DNA of 64,000 bases from Eledone cirrhosa (taxonomy: Eukaryota). The DNA is taken from NCBI GenBank assembly GCA_964016885.1, contig OZ024747.1:49104001-49168000 (forward strand), written 5' to 3'. Positions 17,053 to 30,610 of the stretch are shown in pieces. The first letter of the stretch is position 1, and each line of letters begins with the position of its first letter. The notes beneath the pieces are model-generated. The model was not told the DNA's origin, ran no database searches, and saw nothing but the letters and a program-made list of their open reading frames with translations. Both the position numbers and the translations under genes were made by a program.

Positions 17053-17096
17053 CTGCAGACACTAATGTTTCTGGGCATTAGCCTTCATCAGTGCAG
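17053..17096 (-). ncRNA. Type I hammerhead ribozyme
   Basis: ctgca-CTGATGA-a-ggc-taat-gcc-ca-GAAA-cattagtg-TC-tgcag; covaries with 2744-2788. Confidence 0.88.
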
Positions 17097-17444
17097 TATA
17101 AGGACCTGGAGATAGAAATTGGAAAAATGTGGAAATTGAGAACTAAAACAATACCAGTGGTTGTAGGCGCTCTGGGAATGATACCTAAGGGGTCTAATGA
17201 TTACTTATCGCAAATCCCAGGAAACCCGCGTATAGGAGAAATACAAAAGATAGTACTAATGGGAACTGCCCATATACTAAGGAAGATTCTGTCAATATAA
17301 GTACATCACAAGTCAAAACACCTAAAGATGCGTGTGTGAGTATGTATGTTCTTTCTTAAACATGGCGGACCTTGTTGTCTCTTGAGGTCACTGGTTGTGA
17401 CTTGGTGATAACTCGTATGAACATAAAGCAAGATAAATGCAGCT

Positions 17445-17489
<45 letters not shown>
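17097..17489 (+). mobile_element. R4/Dong-like LINE 3' end (sister family) with (TAA)n tail
   Basis: YKDLEIEIGKMW...IPVVVGALG...IQKIVLMGTAHILRKILSI*, 3'UTR, (AAT)n. Confidence 0.9.
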
Positions 17490-17490
<1 letters not shown>

Positions 17491-17720
17491 CCGATTGTCA
17501 TAGGCGCACTGGGGACTATCTCCAAAAGTTTCCGGGGATGGTTAAAGAAAATCGGCCCCTTCACGCTTTTTGGAACGCTTCAAAAGGCATGCTTGCTGGG
17601 AACAGCAAGAACCCTCCGATACGTCCTGAATATCTGAGGCTGCAGGTAGTGGCTTGATATTCATTCCAACGGACTTTCCAGTTAACCAACATCAATGACT
17701 GAGATTCAAGGAATAACAAC

Positions 17721-17766
<46 letters not shown>
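17490..17766 (+). mobile_element. R4/Dong-like 5'-truncated copy A plus (AAT)n tail
   Basis: Near-identical to the 3' end of 19622-20748. Confidence 0.95.
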
Positions 17767-17768
<2 letters not shown>

Positions 17769-18660
17769 CAAGGAGGAAGAGCAGCCTTAAGGGAAAACCC
17801 CTTCATAGTACCTTCTTTGAGAAAACTGAATTTAGAGATCCACAGACATGGAACTGGTTGAGAAGAGGAGACCTCAAAAAGGCTACAGAAGGAATGCTAA
17901 TGGCTGCGCAGGAGCAGGCCCTCAAAACGAAGTGGTTGAAGCACCATATCTACAAGGAGGAGGCCAGCCCACTGTGCAGGATCTGTGGAGAGAGAGAGGA
18001 GACTGTGGCTCACATTGTGTCCGAGTGTAAACACCTAGCCCAGACCCACTATAAGGGCTGGAGACACGATGTGATGGGCAGGGTGATCCACTGGCACCTG
18101 TGCAAAGTAAACAATCTACCACATTCTGAGAAATGGTATGAGCATAGGCCAGAGGCGGTGATGGAGAACAATCAGGTGAAGGTGCTGTGGGATTTTAGGA
18201 TACAGACGGACAAAAAACTGGAACACAATAGACCTGACCTGGTGGTTGTGGACAAAGAAAAAAGATCGTGCCTGATTGTGGATGTGGCCTGCCCGTTCGA
18301 CACGAGAGTGCAAGAGAAGGAGAGGGAGAAAATTAACCGATACCAGGACCTAAAGTGGGAGGTGAAAAGGATTTGGAACTGCCATGAAGTCAAAGTGATC
18401 CCGATTGTCATAGGCGCACTGGGGACTATCTCCAAAAGTTTCCAGGGATGGTTAAAGAAAATCGGCCCCTTCACGCTTTTTGGAACGCTTCAAAAGGCAT
18501 GCTTGCTTGGAACAGCAAGAACCCTCCGATACGTCCTGAATATCTGAGGCTGCAGGTAGTGGCTTGATATTCAATCCAACGGACTTTCCAGTTAACCAAC
18601 ATCAATGACTGAGATTCAAGGAATAACAATAACAATAATAATAATAATAATAATAATAAT
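17767..18660 (+). mobile_element. R4/Dong-like 5'-truncated copy B plus tail
   Basis: CRICG..ETVAHIVSEC (CCHC), RHD, RPDLVVVD, DVACP, KINRYQDL. Confidence 0.95.
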
Positions 18661-19029
18661 TGTGGATGTGGTCTGCCCATTCGACACGAGAGTTCAAGAG
18701 AAGGAGAGGGAAAAAATTAACCGATACCAGGACTTAAAGTGGGAGGTAAAAAGGATTTGGAACTGCCATGAAGTCAAAGTGGTCCCGATTGTCATAGGTG
18801 CACTAGGTACTATCTCAAAAGGTTTCCAGGGATGGTTAAAGAAAATTGGCCCCGCCACGCTTTTTGGAACGCTTCAAAAGGCATGCTTGCTGGGAACAGC
18901 AAGAACCCTCCGATACGTCCTGAATATCTGAGGCTGCAGGTATTGGCTTGAAATTCATTTCAACAAACTTTCCAGTTAACTAACATCAATGACTGAGACT
19001 CAAAGAACAATAATAATAAGAAGAATAAT
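18661..19029 (+). mobile_element. R4/Dong-like 5'-truncated copy C plus tail
   Basis: Same 3' end, with subfamily substitutions. Confidence 0.95.
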
Positions 19030-19533
19030 ACATTCGGAGAAGTGGTATGAGCATAAGCCAGAGTCGGCGATAGAAAACGATCAGGTGAAGGTGCTATGGG
19101 ATTTTAGGATACAGACAGACAAAAAATTAGAACACAATAGGCCTGACCTGGTGGTTTTGAACAAGGAAAAAAGATTGTGCCTGATTGTAGATGTAGCCTG
19201 CCCATTTGACACGAGAGTGCAAGAAAAGGAGAGGGAGAAAATTAACCGATACCAGGATTTAAAGTGGGAGTTAAAAAAGATTTGGAACTGCCATGAAATC
19301 AAGGTCGTCCCGATTGTCATAGGCGCACTAGGTACTATCTCAAAGAGTTTCCAAGGATGGTTAAAGAAGATTAGTCCAGCCCCGCTTTTTGGAACACTTC
19401 AAAAGGCATGCTTGCTGGGAACAGCAAGAACCTACCGATACGTCCTGAATATCTGAGACTGCAGGTAGCGGCTTGATATTCATTTCAACAAGCTTTCCAG
19501 TTAAATAACATCAATGACTGAGACTCAAAGAAC

Positions 19534-19621
<88 letters not shown>
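19030..19621 (+). mobile_element. R4/Dong-like 5'-truncated copy D plus tail
   Basis: Same 3' end; most diverged copy. Confidence 0.95.
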
Positions 19622-19624
<3 letters not shown>

Positions 19625-20748
19625 GATAGGAAGACTAGGAAGCTATTGACTATCTACAACATGTTCCACAAGAGGAGTGATGTCGATAGACTCTACCTAA
19701 GGAGATCTGAGGGTGGAAGAGGTCTTATCAGCATAGAGGACTGTGTTCAGATGGAGAAAAACAACCTATACAAATACGTGACCTATAGTAAGGAGCCAAT
19801 GCTCAGAGCTGTACTGAAGGAGGGGACAGTAGGCCAGGGGATATCCAAGGAGGAAATAACATCAAGGAGGAAGAGCAGCCTTAAGGGAAAATCCCTTCAT
19901 AGTACCTTCTTTGAGAAAACTGAATTTAGAGATCCACAGACATGGAACTGGTTGAGAAGAGGAGACCTCAAAAAGGCTACAGAAGGAATGCTAATGGCTG
20001 CGCAGGAGCAGGCCCTCAAAACGAAGTGGTTGAAGCACCATATCTACAAGGAGGAGGCTAGCCCACTGTGCAGGATCTGTGGAGAGAGAGAGGAGACTGT
20101 GGCTCACATTGTGTCCGAGTGTAAACACCTAGCCCAGACCCACTATAAGGGCTGGAGACACGATGTGATGGGCAGGATGATCCACTGGCACCTGTGCAAA
20201 GTAAACAATCTACCACATTCTGAGAAATGGTATGAGCATAGGCCAGAGGCGGTGATGGAGAACAGTCAGGTGAAGGTGCTGTGGGATTTTAGGATACAGA
20301 CGGACAAAAAACTGGAACACAATAGACCTGACCTGGTGGTTGTGGACAAAGAAAAAAGATCGTGCCTGATTGTGGATGTGGCCTGCCCGTTCGACACGAG
20401 AGTGCAAGAGAAGGAGAGGGAGAAAATTAACCGATACCAGGACCTAAAGTGGGAGGTGAAAAGGATTTGGAACTGCCATGAAGTCAAAGTGATCCCGATT
20501 GTCATAGGCGCACTGGGGACTATCTCCAAAGGTTTCCAGGGATGGTTAAAGAAAATCGGCCCCTTCACGCTTTTTGGAACGCTTCAAAAGGCATGCTTGC
20601 TTGGAACGGCAAGAACCCTCCGATACGTCCTGAATATCTGAGGCTGCAGGTAGTGGCTTGATATTCAATCCAACGGACTTTCCAGTTAACCAACATCAAT
20701 GACTGAGATTCAAGGATTAACAATAACAATAATAATAATAATAATAAT
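19622..20748 (+). mobile_element. R4/Dong-like 5'-truncated copy E plus tail; frame open to the stop at 20641
   Basis: DRKTRKLLT..RLYLRRSEGGRGL, AAQEQAL, CCHC and PD..D endonuclease motifs. Confidence 0.95.
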
Positions 20749-23080
20749 CCCAACACTCACTTATCTAACTCTAATAACCCTACACTCACACACTTTCAAA
20801 ACCAATCTACCAATACCTATAATAACTGTAACTGTAGACCGAATAAAATTTGCCCCCTAGGAAAAAATTACCTCATTAAGGATATTGTTTACGGTCACCA
20901 CATCTACAATTTCTAAAACTTATATTGGTTCTACCTCGAATAGTTTTAAGACGAGATATAATTCCCATCTTCATACGTTCAAAAATTCTAAACTCAAACA
21001 TGCTACTTCTTTATCTACCTATATATCCTCTTTAAAAACTAACAATAAACCTTTCACCCTACAATGGTCTGTGTTAGCTAAATCCCCCTCTTATAAATCT
21101 CCCAACATACTTTGTAACCTCTGTCTTCAGTTTCGCACGATTATTTATTCTAAATTTTTGTTGCTAAATTTTCTAAATAGAAAATCTGAAATTCTTTCCA
21201 CGTGTCCACACACTTGCCAACACTTTTTTCACTATTTTAAACCTAGCAGCTAATTTATAACAATGTCAGATTTAAACCCACATCTCCAATATTATTTAGC
21301 TTTAAATCATCTAATAAATATATTAGAATATTATATACCAATAACTTTCCTCCCTATATCGCGCATTGGACCCATCATAATATTTAACATACCTGAACCA
21401 CGCCATTAAACCTAGGCACATTTTTATTTTTATTTTGATTATAACAATCATTGCCATCACCTTAATATTATTATCATTAATACATTCCTTACAATTTCAT
21501 TTTACTACTATATATCTTATATCTATACCTTATTCCCTTTGTAACACCTCTAATGGGATAAATAAGTACATAATATATCTTCCACTGTTATTCTTCTTTA
21601 ATTTTCTTCCCTTTAATTATTTTATTACTTTCCCTTTTAACTACTTTCCTTAATACTTAACATATTATATGATATATATTCATTAATAATGGTTGTGAAT
21701 TGATATCTTTGCTTGTATTTAGGATGGATAATATAAGACTGTTACTAATCACTTTTATAGTAAATATAAAAATATATATAATTTATATTCGGTGGGTGAT
21801 GAATAATGGTGTGTATTGTAAATTTAACATATGTATGTACCAATTTTGGTCTGGCGAAAAGTTCTTTACTATTAAAAATTTCTTTCTATTATGTAAAGAA
21901 TTTTATATTGAATAATAATACTTTAACATTCTAAAGAATGTAATATTTTAACAACCCAATATAGTAAAGGATATACATATAACTAATGACAATGTTTATA
22001 ACATTGTAATATATAGGAATTTTTTTAATATTTCTCAATTTTTTTTTGTTTATTATTATTATTTTATCTTATAAGCCAACAACTCTATACTTATAAGTGT
22101 AATAATACTTAATATATAATTGTAATCGTGTAAATTACCTCCGTTATTTAAATTACTTCCCTTAGTCTATGCATCACTTCTTCCACCCCTTTCAAATTTT
22201 AATAGTTTAATACAAATTCATAAACTCCGACACAGTCCAAGGGATATTGCTGGCTGATGTTTGAATTTTAACTTAGTCCAGCATGAGATGCTATTTTGAA
22301 AATGTCGAGTATAAAGTGTCTTAACTACCTATAATCACTCGATGTTGTTTACTGAATGGAGGTGACAGTATTGATTGTATATATAGAATTAAAACATTTG
22401 TTATGACAGGGCCACACCAATATCGGATTGGTACTTACACTGTTATTATAACCTTAAGGAAAAACTTTTAAGCTCCATATTTTTGGACTGTATGTTTTCG
22501 AACTCTACATTTCAGTACTCTATGCTTTTAGGTTTTGTATGCGTGGGCTATTTATTCTATTGGGTGAAAATTATGACTAATATTATAAAACGTTTTGCCT
22601 AAAATCAATATATCCTTCGATATTTATAATTTTTAATATCTTCATTATATGCTTTCACTATACCATTCTCTTACATTACATATATTGCATGTACTCTATT
22701 GTAATTAATATTTTTTTATATAATATTCTTGCTATAATATTCTTGTTATAATTCTTTGATAAAAATGAATAACCATATCCTTATATATAACATATACCTC
22801 CAATTATTTATATTATAGCTTTATGACAATTTTTCATTAAATCTTTCATTACTATTTTTACATCTGTTCAATTTTTTTATGCTTTTGCTCTATAATGTAT
22901 TGATGTTAACACTTATACTTAGTCTTCTCACCTATAATGAATCCTGCTAAATGTTCAACTGAATAGAAATATATTTGTTTTAACCTTTATATGCTTCGAT
23001 GAATCCAGACCTATATCTGGATGAAACGATCGTAAGCTATTAAATGTTTTAAACACAATTTGATTGTTATTTATGTTGTT
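20749..23080 (+). mobile_element. Penelope-like element 3' part: GIY-YIG remnant, long AT-rich 3' region, terminal HHR
   Basis: NCNCR..CPL, TYIGSTSNSFKTRYNSH, TSLS, CNLCL, LNRKSE..CPH; HHR near the end, then (TA)n. Confidence 0.75.
22993..23037 (+). ncRNA. Type I hammerhead ribozyme, variant core UCGAUGA
   Basis: gct-TCGATGA-atccaga-cctata-tctggat-GAAA-cgatcg-TA-agc. Confidence 0.8.
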
Positions 23081-23625
23081 ATATATATATATATATAATT
23101 ACATGCACATGCGCAAACATACACACATACACATACACAAATACACACAACCACATACACAAACACACATATACACTCATAAGCACACACTTAAACATTA
23201 TCGCGTATATTTGTAATGCACGTTAATCTTGTCATAGATTTGTTTCCCAAGAAATTCACTGGCCAGGTTTGCAATCCAAGCTTTTCAATCGAAGTTTTGT
23301 AAGAAACCGATAACAAAACCAATAGATCAAACATATCAAATCTGCTTCATTGGTCTTAACTCGACTTTACTCTCCATTCGATCTCATGAATATTTCATCG
23401 ATCATTGATCTAGTGAAAGGTCAAGATGGCCTATACTTTATTTGAACCACAATTCAGGCTTAATAAACAGGAACTGCTTCTTCTACTTCTTTGCCGGAAG
23501 TTACAATTTCATAGTAACTGTTTCAACTGGTGTGGCGTTTTGTTGTTGTTGCTGTTATTAATGTTGGTGTTGTTGTTGATCATCATCATCATCATCATCT
23601 TATTATTATTATTATTTCTCATTAT

Positions 23626-23676
<51 letters not shown>

Positions 23677-23679
23677 TTA

Positions 23680-23773
23680 TTACACGCAGAAATGCCCATT
23701 TGTACCGTCCTGTATTGTCATGTACTGTCCTTAATGTCTACTTTATGTAAACCCTTGTGGTTAATAAAGAAAG

Positions 23774-23833
<60 letters not shown>
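23680..23833 (+). mobile_element. Tx1-like LINE extreme 3' end plus (ATT)n tail
   Basis: About 95 bp near-identical to 13443-13537. Confidence 0.92.
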
Positions 23834-23834
<1 letters not shown>

Positions 23835-26240
23835 GCTGTGTTATTTCGCTTAACTCAGTTCTGTTTCTCTATTGCCAGCTTCAGGCCTTGAACCTAGGGC
23901 AATAGTTGTTTTCATTGTAGAGAGAGGACTTGTCTTAGAATGTGTGTTGTTCCTAGTAGCCCGATCTTCTGTAGCTCATAATTGCTGATCTGCAGGGAAG
24001 GACGCTAAGGTACAGATCTGAGGATTTGAGTATTAATCCTAATGTTCTTATTACCACAGGGATAGTGTTTGTGGTCATCCTCCACATGCGGTTGGTCTAT
24101 ATTTCCAGGTCTTTGTATTTTGACAGTGTTTCTATTGTTTTTGTAGATGTATTCTTATCAGCTGGTACGGGAATATCTATAAGACTACATGTCTGATCTG
24201 TTTTGTTTTTAAGATACCTGGTCTGTCGGCAACGATTTCTCGGTCGGTTACCACAGGCAGATCCCACAAGATGGATTTGTTGCCCTTTTCCATGACTGTT
24301 TTTGGTTGATGTTCATACGATTTGTTAGAAGTTTGAATGTCATGAGAGCGACATAGCATCCAGTGTACATATTTGGAAATGCGGTTGTCTTTCGATATAG
24401 TCAGTTTTTGCCAGCTCTGGACACCCAGAGATAACATGATCTACCGTTTCTTCATATTTGTAGCATATTCTGCATAGAGGGTTAGTCCCATCTTTCACTA
24501 GTCTGTGTCTATAGGCCCGATTATTTAGAGATTGGTCTTGTGCAGCAACTAAGAGTCTCTCAGTCTCTGCTTTCAAACCAGCACTTCTGGGCCAGCATTG
24601 CGAGCCATGCTGATGGATATCATTGTCAGAAATTCGTTCTGGGAATCTACCATGTAGTGGTTTTGCTTTCCATTCACGGTTTAGTTCCTCTGCTTGGAGT
24701 TTCTTTGCTTTGATATTCACAGTTATAGCTAGCTGTGCAACACTCTGTTGTTGATTTTCTATGGGTATGTCTTGTTCCTTGTACAGTTTTTGCCTAAATG
24801 TTCTTGCCTGTTTTGTTATTGAGTGTAGTTTCTTAATTCCTTCCCGTTTGAGTACAGGCATAAGGAGTTCATCTTGGGTGTGGTGGAGGTAGCTATCCAA
24901 TCCAATGGTTGCTGTTTTGTATGCAGCTTCCAGTTGTCTTAGCTCCCTTACAGCTTCTTTCCTTGAGATATACAGCCTATGTACATCGGCTTTAGAGTGG
25001 TGCATTTTTTTCCGTTGTGAATAGTTTCCTTGTCTTAGTGTCCAATTTTTGTAGTTCTTGCTGGTTCCAGTTTATGATGTTAAAGCTGTATGTTACAACT
25101 GGTACTGCTAGACTGTTAATGGCTTTGAACTTGTTGCAGGAGTTAGTTTACTTTTTGTTACCAGTCAAAAAGTGAACTAATGTCCCTCTCCTTATGTACT
25201 CCATCCGTATCTTTTCCTTCATATCTGCATGCTGAATTCCATCTTTTTCATTAACTCCAAAATATTCGTATAACTCTTCATTGTTACGTTCCTATATGGT
25301 AGTTTGTTGGTCTATGACAATATCATTATGGTTAGAGCGCAACCCTCTCTTTTCCAGTCCAAATTGCATATGGATGATATCACTGAATTATTTCACTGAG
25401 TGCAGTAAACCTTCCAGCTTCCCATCATTGTTTCCAAATAGCTTTATATCATACATATAAAGAAGGTGGCTGTAGTGGCTGTAGTGTCTGTTGTCGATTT
25501 TATATCCATAGCCTGTCCTCCACAGTAGCTGAGTTAACATAGCAGGTGACATACAGAACAGCAAAGGGGACAATGAGTCGTCTTGGAATATTCCATGATT
25601 GATCTTGATCTGTCTAGATTCCAGTGTTCCGTTGTGGTTTTGAAGGACCATTGTAGTTTTCCAGTCTGTCATCATTGCCTTCAGGAAAGTTGTTATCTCC
25701 GGTGCTATGTGATACATTTCTAGGTATGCTGTCGAATGCCCTCTTGTAGTCTATCCAGGCCATTGACAAGTTTTTCCTTTTCTGTTTGTAGTTTTCCGTT
25801 ATGAGTCTATTTATCAGTAGCTGATCTTTGCACCCATAACTCCTTCGTTTACAGTCTTTTTGTTCAGGTAGCAATAGACCTCGAGGTAATTGTAGACCCT
25901 GTTGGGAGACATGTAATTGGTCTGTAGTTTGGGGGATTTTCTGTGCATTCATTCTTCGGTAGAAGATATGTTATGCCAATTGTCATCCACTTTGGGACCT
26001 CTCTTGGGTTTGCTATAATGCTGGATCACATCCAGATGTTTCAGCAAGAAATTCTGCGCGCCATCTCTGCCCGGTGATTTCCAGTTTCCAGCATTGCTGA
26101 CTGCTATTCTTATTTCTTGAGGTGATCTCATTCCATTTCTGGGTGCAAACAGGAATTTCCAATTGTTCCAGCCATGTGGCATTGGAATTGTGGTCTTGAG
26201 CTTTTCCCCAGGTATTTGCCCAAAAGTGTTCAACCTTCGT
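23834..26240 (-). mobile_element. Decayed R4/Dong-like RLE non-LTR retrotransposon
   Basis: NWKSPG.D, GCKDQLLIN, AWIDYKRAFDSIP, GIFQ.DSLSPLLF, SHLLYM.DIKL, AAQDQSL, CRIC..ETVDHVISGC; (TAA)n tail. Confidence 0.92.
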
Positions 26241-26339
26241 CCTCCAAAAAAAAGAGGAAGAAAGAACTCCAAAAAAGAAAATCAAAACGACTCCACCTCC
26301 TCCACCACCTACATCATCACCACCACCAACAACAACACC

Positions 26340-27066
26340 ACACTAAGAGAATACGAGGTGGTGACAGTAGCAATGATCAACCAGGAAAAATCAGTGGGCC
26401 TGCAACTCGGCACCTGGAGAGGCAGCTCCATGCCGTCCAACAGCGTCGTCGGGCGCTGGATGGACAGACCGGTTAAATTGCTAGGGGTCTGGTTCGGTGC
26501 GGACCTCCAGACGAACAAAAACTGGGAGGAGGTGGCTTCTCTCACCCAGAAATGGTCAGACGATCCATCTGCTGTCAACACCCATTGCGTGGAGGGCTGG
26601 CTATGCCGTGGCTGATGATGCACAAGCACGCGCTGAGGCTGTGATATCTCTGGTGCTTCCTTGGCGGTGAACAGGTGTGGTCACTGTTTGCCAGACGTGT
26701 TTTTCCCCAGCTCGTCTCATTAACGGAGCTGCAGTCCTGGATCAAGAAAGACCGAGGGATAGCGCTTGGAAGCTGGAATGTCTCCAGGCGCTCACAGCCT
26801 TCTACCAGCTGGGCACTAGTATCGGTGGAACATCCACCTCGGCGTTCTATAGAGGACTAGTGGAGGGGAAGAGTGACGACGTTCTCAGGGAGACCCTGGG
26901 CGTCGAAGACAATCAGCTGTTCGCTATCTTCAAGAGAACTTACAACCCAGGCCTATGGACAACTTCCAGAAATCCCTGGCCTGACAGCGCTACCGGGGAG
27001 CGTTGCCAGTTCGAGATAAGCTCTACAGGAAGTGCCGTCAGCCGAACCTGTCCGAGATGTGCACAG
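26340..27066 (+). mobile_element. Tx1-like LINE internal fragment with deletions
   Basis: Colinear with 12437-13305. Confidence 0.9.
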
Positions 27067-27661
27067 ATTCCAGTAATCCACCGCTCTAATACAAATCCAG
27101 ACATGACAACTGAAATCAGCTGCCGATTTTCTGCACCTAAGAACTGTAAATCTGTGAGTAAATAAGAACTTTCTTGGTGGAAGATAAAAAATTAGAAGAA
27201 TAAAAAAAAAACTCCAAACATTTACAAACCTCCCAAAATAAAATCCCGATTATACGCTCATATTCTTTAATATCATGAAGAAGATTGTGGTGATTTATGA
27301 AGATGAATAATCCCAGCAGTATAATCAATTTCTTTTCGGTTTTCTGAACTCTGTCGTAATCTTCAGCTCATAATCATTCCATAGTCAAAACCATTTCTAT
27401 TTGATCATTTTGATCTTTCCAATCCAATTATAAATGGAAGCATTCTATGGACAATTCGTTTCCTTGGCAGCTTCATCGGTTGTCACTGATGAAAAAATAA
27501 TTATAATAATAATATAGCATTTTAAATACTTCTATAACACTTTGAAAGAAATATGAATTTTCTCTCTCTTTATCTATCTGTAAATGGCTTTTTAAACGCA
27601 ATCGCGTTTAAAAAGCCATTTTCCAGATAGATAAAGAGAAAGAAAATTCATATATATACAT

Positions 27662-27990
<329 letters not shown>

Positions 27991-28023
27991 TGGGCGTAGA
28001 CCAGAGACAGAAAAAAAATAAAG

Positions 28024-28054
<31 letters not shown>

Positions 28055-28058
28055 AGAA

Positions 28059-28464
28059 GAGGGGTCTCAAACTCAAGGACATAAAAGGGCAATTACGTCC
28101 TGGAGGAGGGGCACAGTGGGCCAAACGTGGTGTTGGGTGATGATTTTCACCAGTTATAATCATTTCTACTATAGGCACAAGGCATTGAAATTTAGGGTTT
28201 AGGGTCCCGTCAATTACATCGATCCCAGTTCACAACTGGTACTTAATTTATCGACCCCAAAAGGATGAAAGGCAAAGTTGAAATCGGCGGAATTTGAACT
28301 CAGAACGTAAAAATGGAAGAAGTACCGCTAAGCATTTCGCCAGATGTGCTAATGATTCCACCAGCTCACCGCCTTATTTGCACCAGTTATAATGGAATCT
28401 GAAATATTGGTTCTACCATGGGCCATAGAAAAGTAGTTCGTGGACCGCATGTTTGAGCCCCCTG
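28059..28464. mobile_element. hAT-like MITE with nested SINE
   Basis: TIRs AGGGGTCTCAAAC / GTTTGAGCCCCCT; 8-bp TSD not preserved. Confidence 0.65.
28161..28380 (-). mobile_element. SINE family A with TSD
   Basis: TSD CACCAGTTATAAT at 28148-28160 and 28381-28393. Confidence 0.9.
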
Positions 28465-29348
28465 TTGGAGAGATAGATAGATAGACGTGTACCAAACACA
28501 CATACACACACACACATTTCTTACTCTCTCTGTCTCTCCCTCTTTCTCTCTTCATTTATATATATATATATATATATATATACAGCATATTCGAAGTTTG
28601 ATGAGCAGCTAAGCCAACGAATGCCTTCAGCAGTACAGCCAAGCACTCGACAAGGTATAGACCTCAGAGTAATAACATATAGTTTAAAGGGCTTTGCAAA
28701 TTGAAAATAGCGACCGCTAATTCAGCCGCGTGATCTGTAGCAACGAAAGAACTGACGAGTGAGAATAGGAAATACACACACACACACGTACACACACACA
28801 TATATACATATAAAAATATACATACATATATCAGAAATCCCGTTAAGGGTGAAAGCAGCGATTCTTTGCTTAAACTTTAATCTGTTATTTTAATAAATAT
28901 ATATATATATATCGATATTGTTGGGCATCCACTGGTGATTTATAAGTGCCCACCTGCATATATTCCTATGGACTATGTGTAGGCTTCTACATAACCTGGA
29001 CATTATTTTCCCAACTTGTAGAAAACTTATAATGAAACGATCATTTGGAAAGAGAGATGTATTTAATTATGTCTCATATAAAATAATACAACTGGCTATC
29101 CGCAAAATACGTATAGTTAGCACCCCAAACGTATAATTGGGATTATACTAAGGTATATCCTAATGTTTGTTGAGTGAGACGGAAGTCGGTCGTAGTATTG
29201 CTTAAAGCTTTCTCTGTTAATGTATTAAATATATATATATATAGGTAAGTTATTCCGGGTTGAATCGGAGGTAACCACAGTAAGTAAGGTACTCAATACA
29301 TAGCATCCTGATGATTTCTAGTCCTGTAGAATCTCATCTATATTAAAA

Positions 29349-29411
<63 letters not shown>

Positions 29412-29415
<4 letters not shown>

Positions 29416-29830
29416 CACAGGCTGTGGATGATATTTGTTCGCAATTTTCAACTGCTAATTTTATGCAAATTTTTTTTACTTCCGTTGTCACTCTTGTCTT
29501 CATAAAAACAGTGACTATATTTCCATTATTTATTTTCAGAATAATTGATTATGAATAATTTTGAACCTCCAAATTTGTGGAAGAGACATGGAGTTCTTGG
29601 AATCCGCGCCGGGAGGACAAATAAGGAAATTTCAGACTTTCTCAGCGTCAGCAGGAGAATGGTGGAAAAGGTCAGAAAGGAATTGGAAGATTCAGGATTC
29701 GACTACGAAGCTACATCAGAGAGGAAAACACATGATCGACGATCTGACGCCTTCAGAACGCCCGAGTTCGTCGCTGAAGTTCAGGATATCATCAACAATG
29801 AACCTAGCAAGTCGATGCGTGCCTTTTATT
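29412..29830 (+). mobile_element. Tc1/mariner-type transposon 5' fragment (HTH region of transposase)
   Basis: Starts at TA; GRTNKEISDFLSVSRRMVEKVRK...RTPEFVAEVQDIINNEPSKSMR. Confidence 0.75.
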
Positions 29831-30324
29831 AAACAATTTCACATCATGAATTTCGTCATTGCGCAAATGTTCTTCACCTACTGTTGAACCAGCCAGCCGT
29901 GACCATCGGTTGGTTTTTTTGTAACAAATACATGAAATAGTCTGCTTTTGATTACGACATATGAACGTGCTGTAAGTATATATTTCTATACATTTAAAGA
30001 AAGTGCTCAATACAGAAGCAAGAGCAAAATATGTGCCACCTTGTAACATAAAATTATACTTAGAAATATATTGATATTTTCTTTCATGTATGTAATATTT
30101 TATTGCACACTTTCAATCATCTATTGATTTTTAAACATATATTATACATTAATATCGATATGTAACCAGCACTACAGGTTGATTTCATTTGATTTATTAT
30201 ACTTTTTTAGAGTAAATGTATTAGTTCTACTGGTTTACCTCGTCCTGATCACGTGACCAACTGTACTGTCTTTAATTCTACAAAGAAGTACAATTATTCG
30301 ACTGTATATTATATTTATTGTTGT

Positions 30325-30610
30325 TGGGTCTCCGTCGGTTCCGAGGATGAGTTGTCCAATTGTTTGATCAATGAAACAGCCTGCTCGTGGAATTAATTCA
30401 CAAATGGCTGAGCATTCCACAGACACATTTAGTTTGGGTTTAGGGTGATCGGTTCACGGTCGTAAGGTTGTGAGTTCGATTCTCGGCTGTGCATGTGTCC
30501 TTGAACAAGACACTTTATTTCAGGTTTTTCTAATCTATGCTTCGAAGGGCCAGGCCAGCCTTGTCACATTCTGTCTAACGCTGAATCTCCCTGAGAATTG
30601 CATTAAGGAA
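30325..30610 (-). mobile_element. tRNA-derived SINE, family C, with inverted 5' half
   Basis: Head (+) 30430-30610 matches 46383-46500; tail (-) 30325-30428 matches 39878-39975. Confidence 0.7.

Noticed and set aside
19514-20641. 375-aa ORF with an N-terminal poly-Ile run that looks like a membrane anchor
   Set aside because: Chance read-through from the previous copy's 3'UTR and (ATA)n tail into a truncated element
17447-20748. Repeat-spacer appearance suggesting a CRISPR-like array
   Set aside because: The units are retrotransposon 3' ends of variable length; eukaryotic context and no cas genes
27066-27440. Coding-like minus-strand stretch with faint APE-like words (HKSP, FILG)
   Set aside because: Too broken to assign
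27450-27497. CTGATGA / CCGATGA..GAAA as a possible HHR
   Set aside because: No consistent stems I and II
29308-29340. CTGATGA followed by a small hairpin
   Set aside because: No GAAA or stem III; at most a truncated remnant
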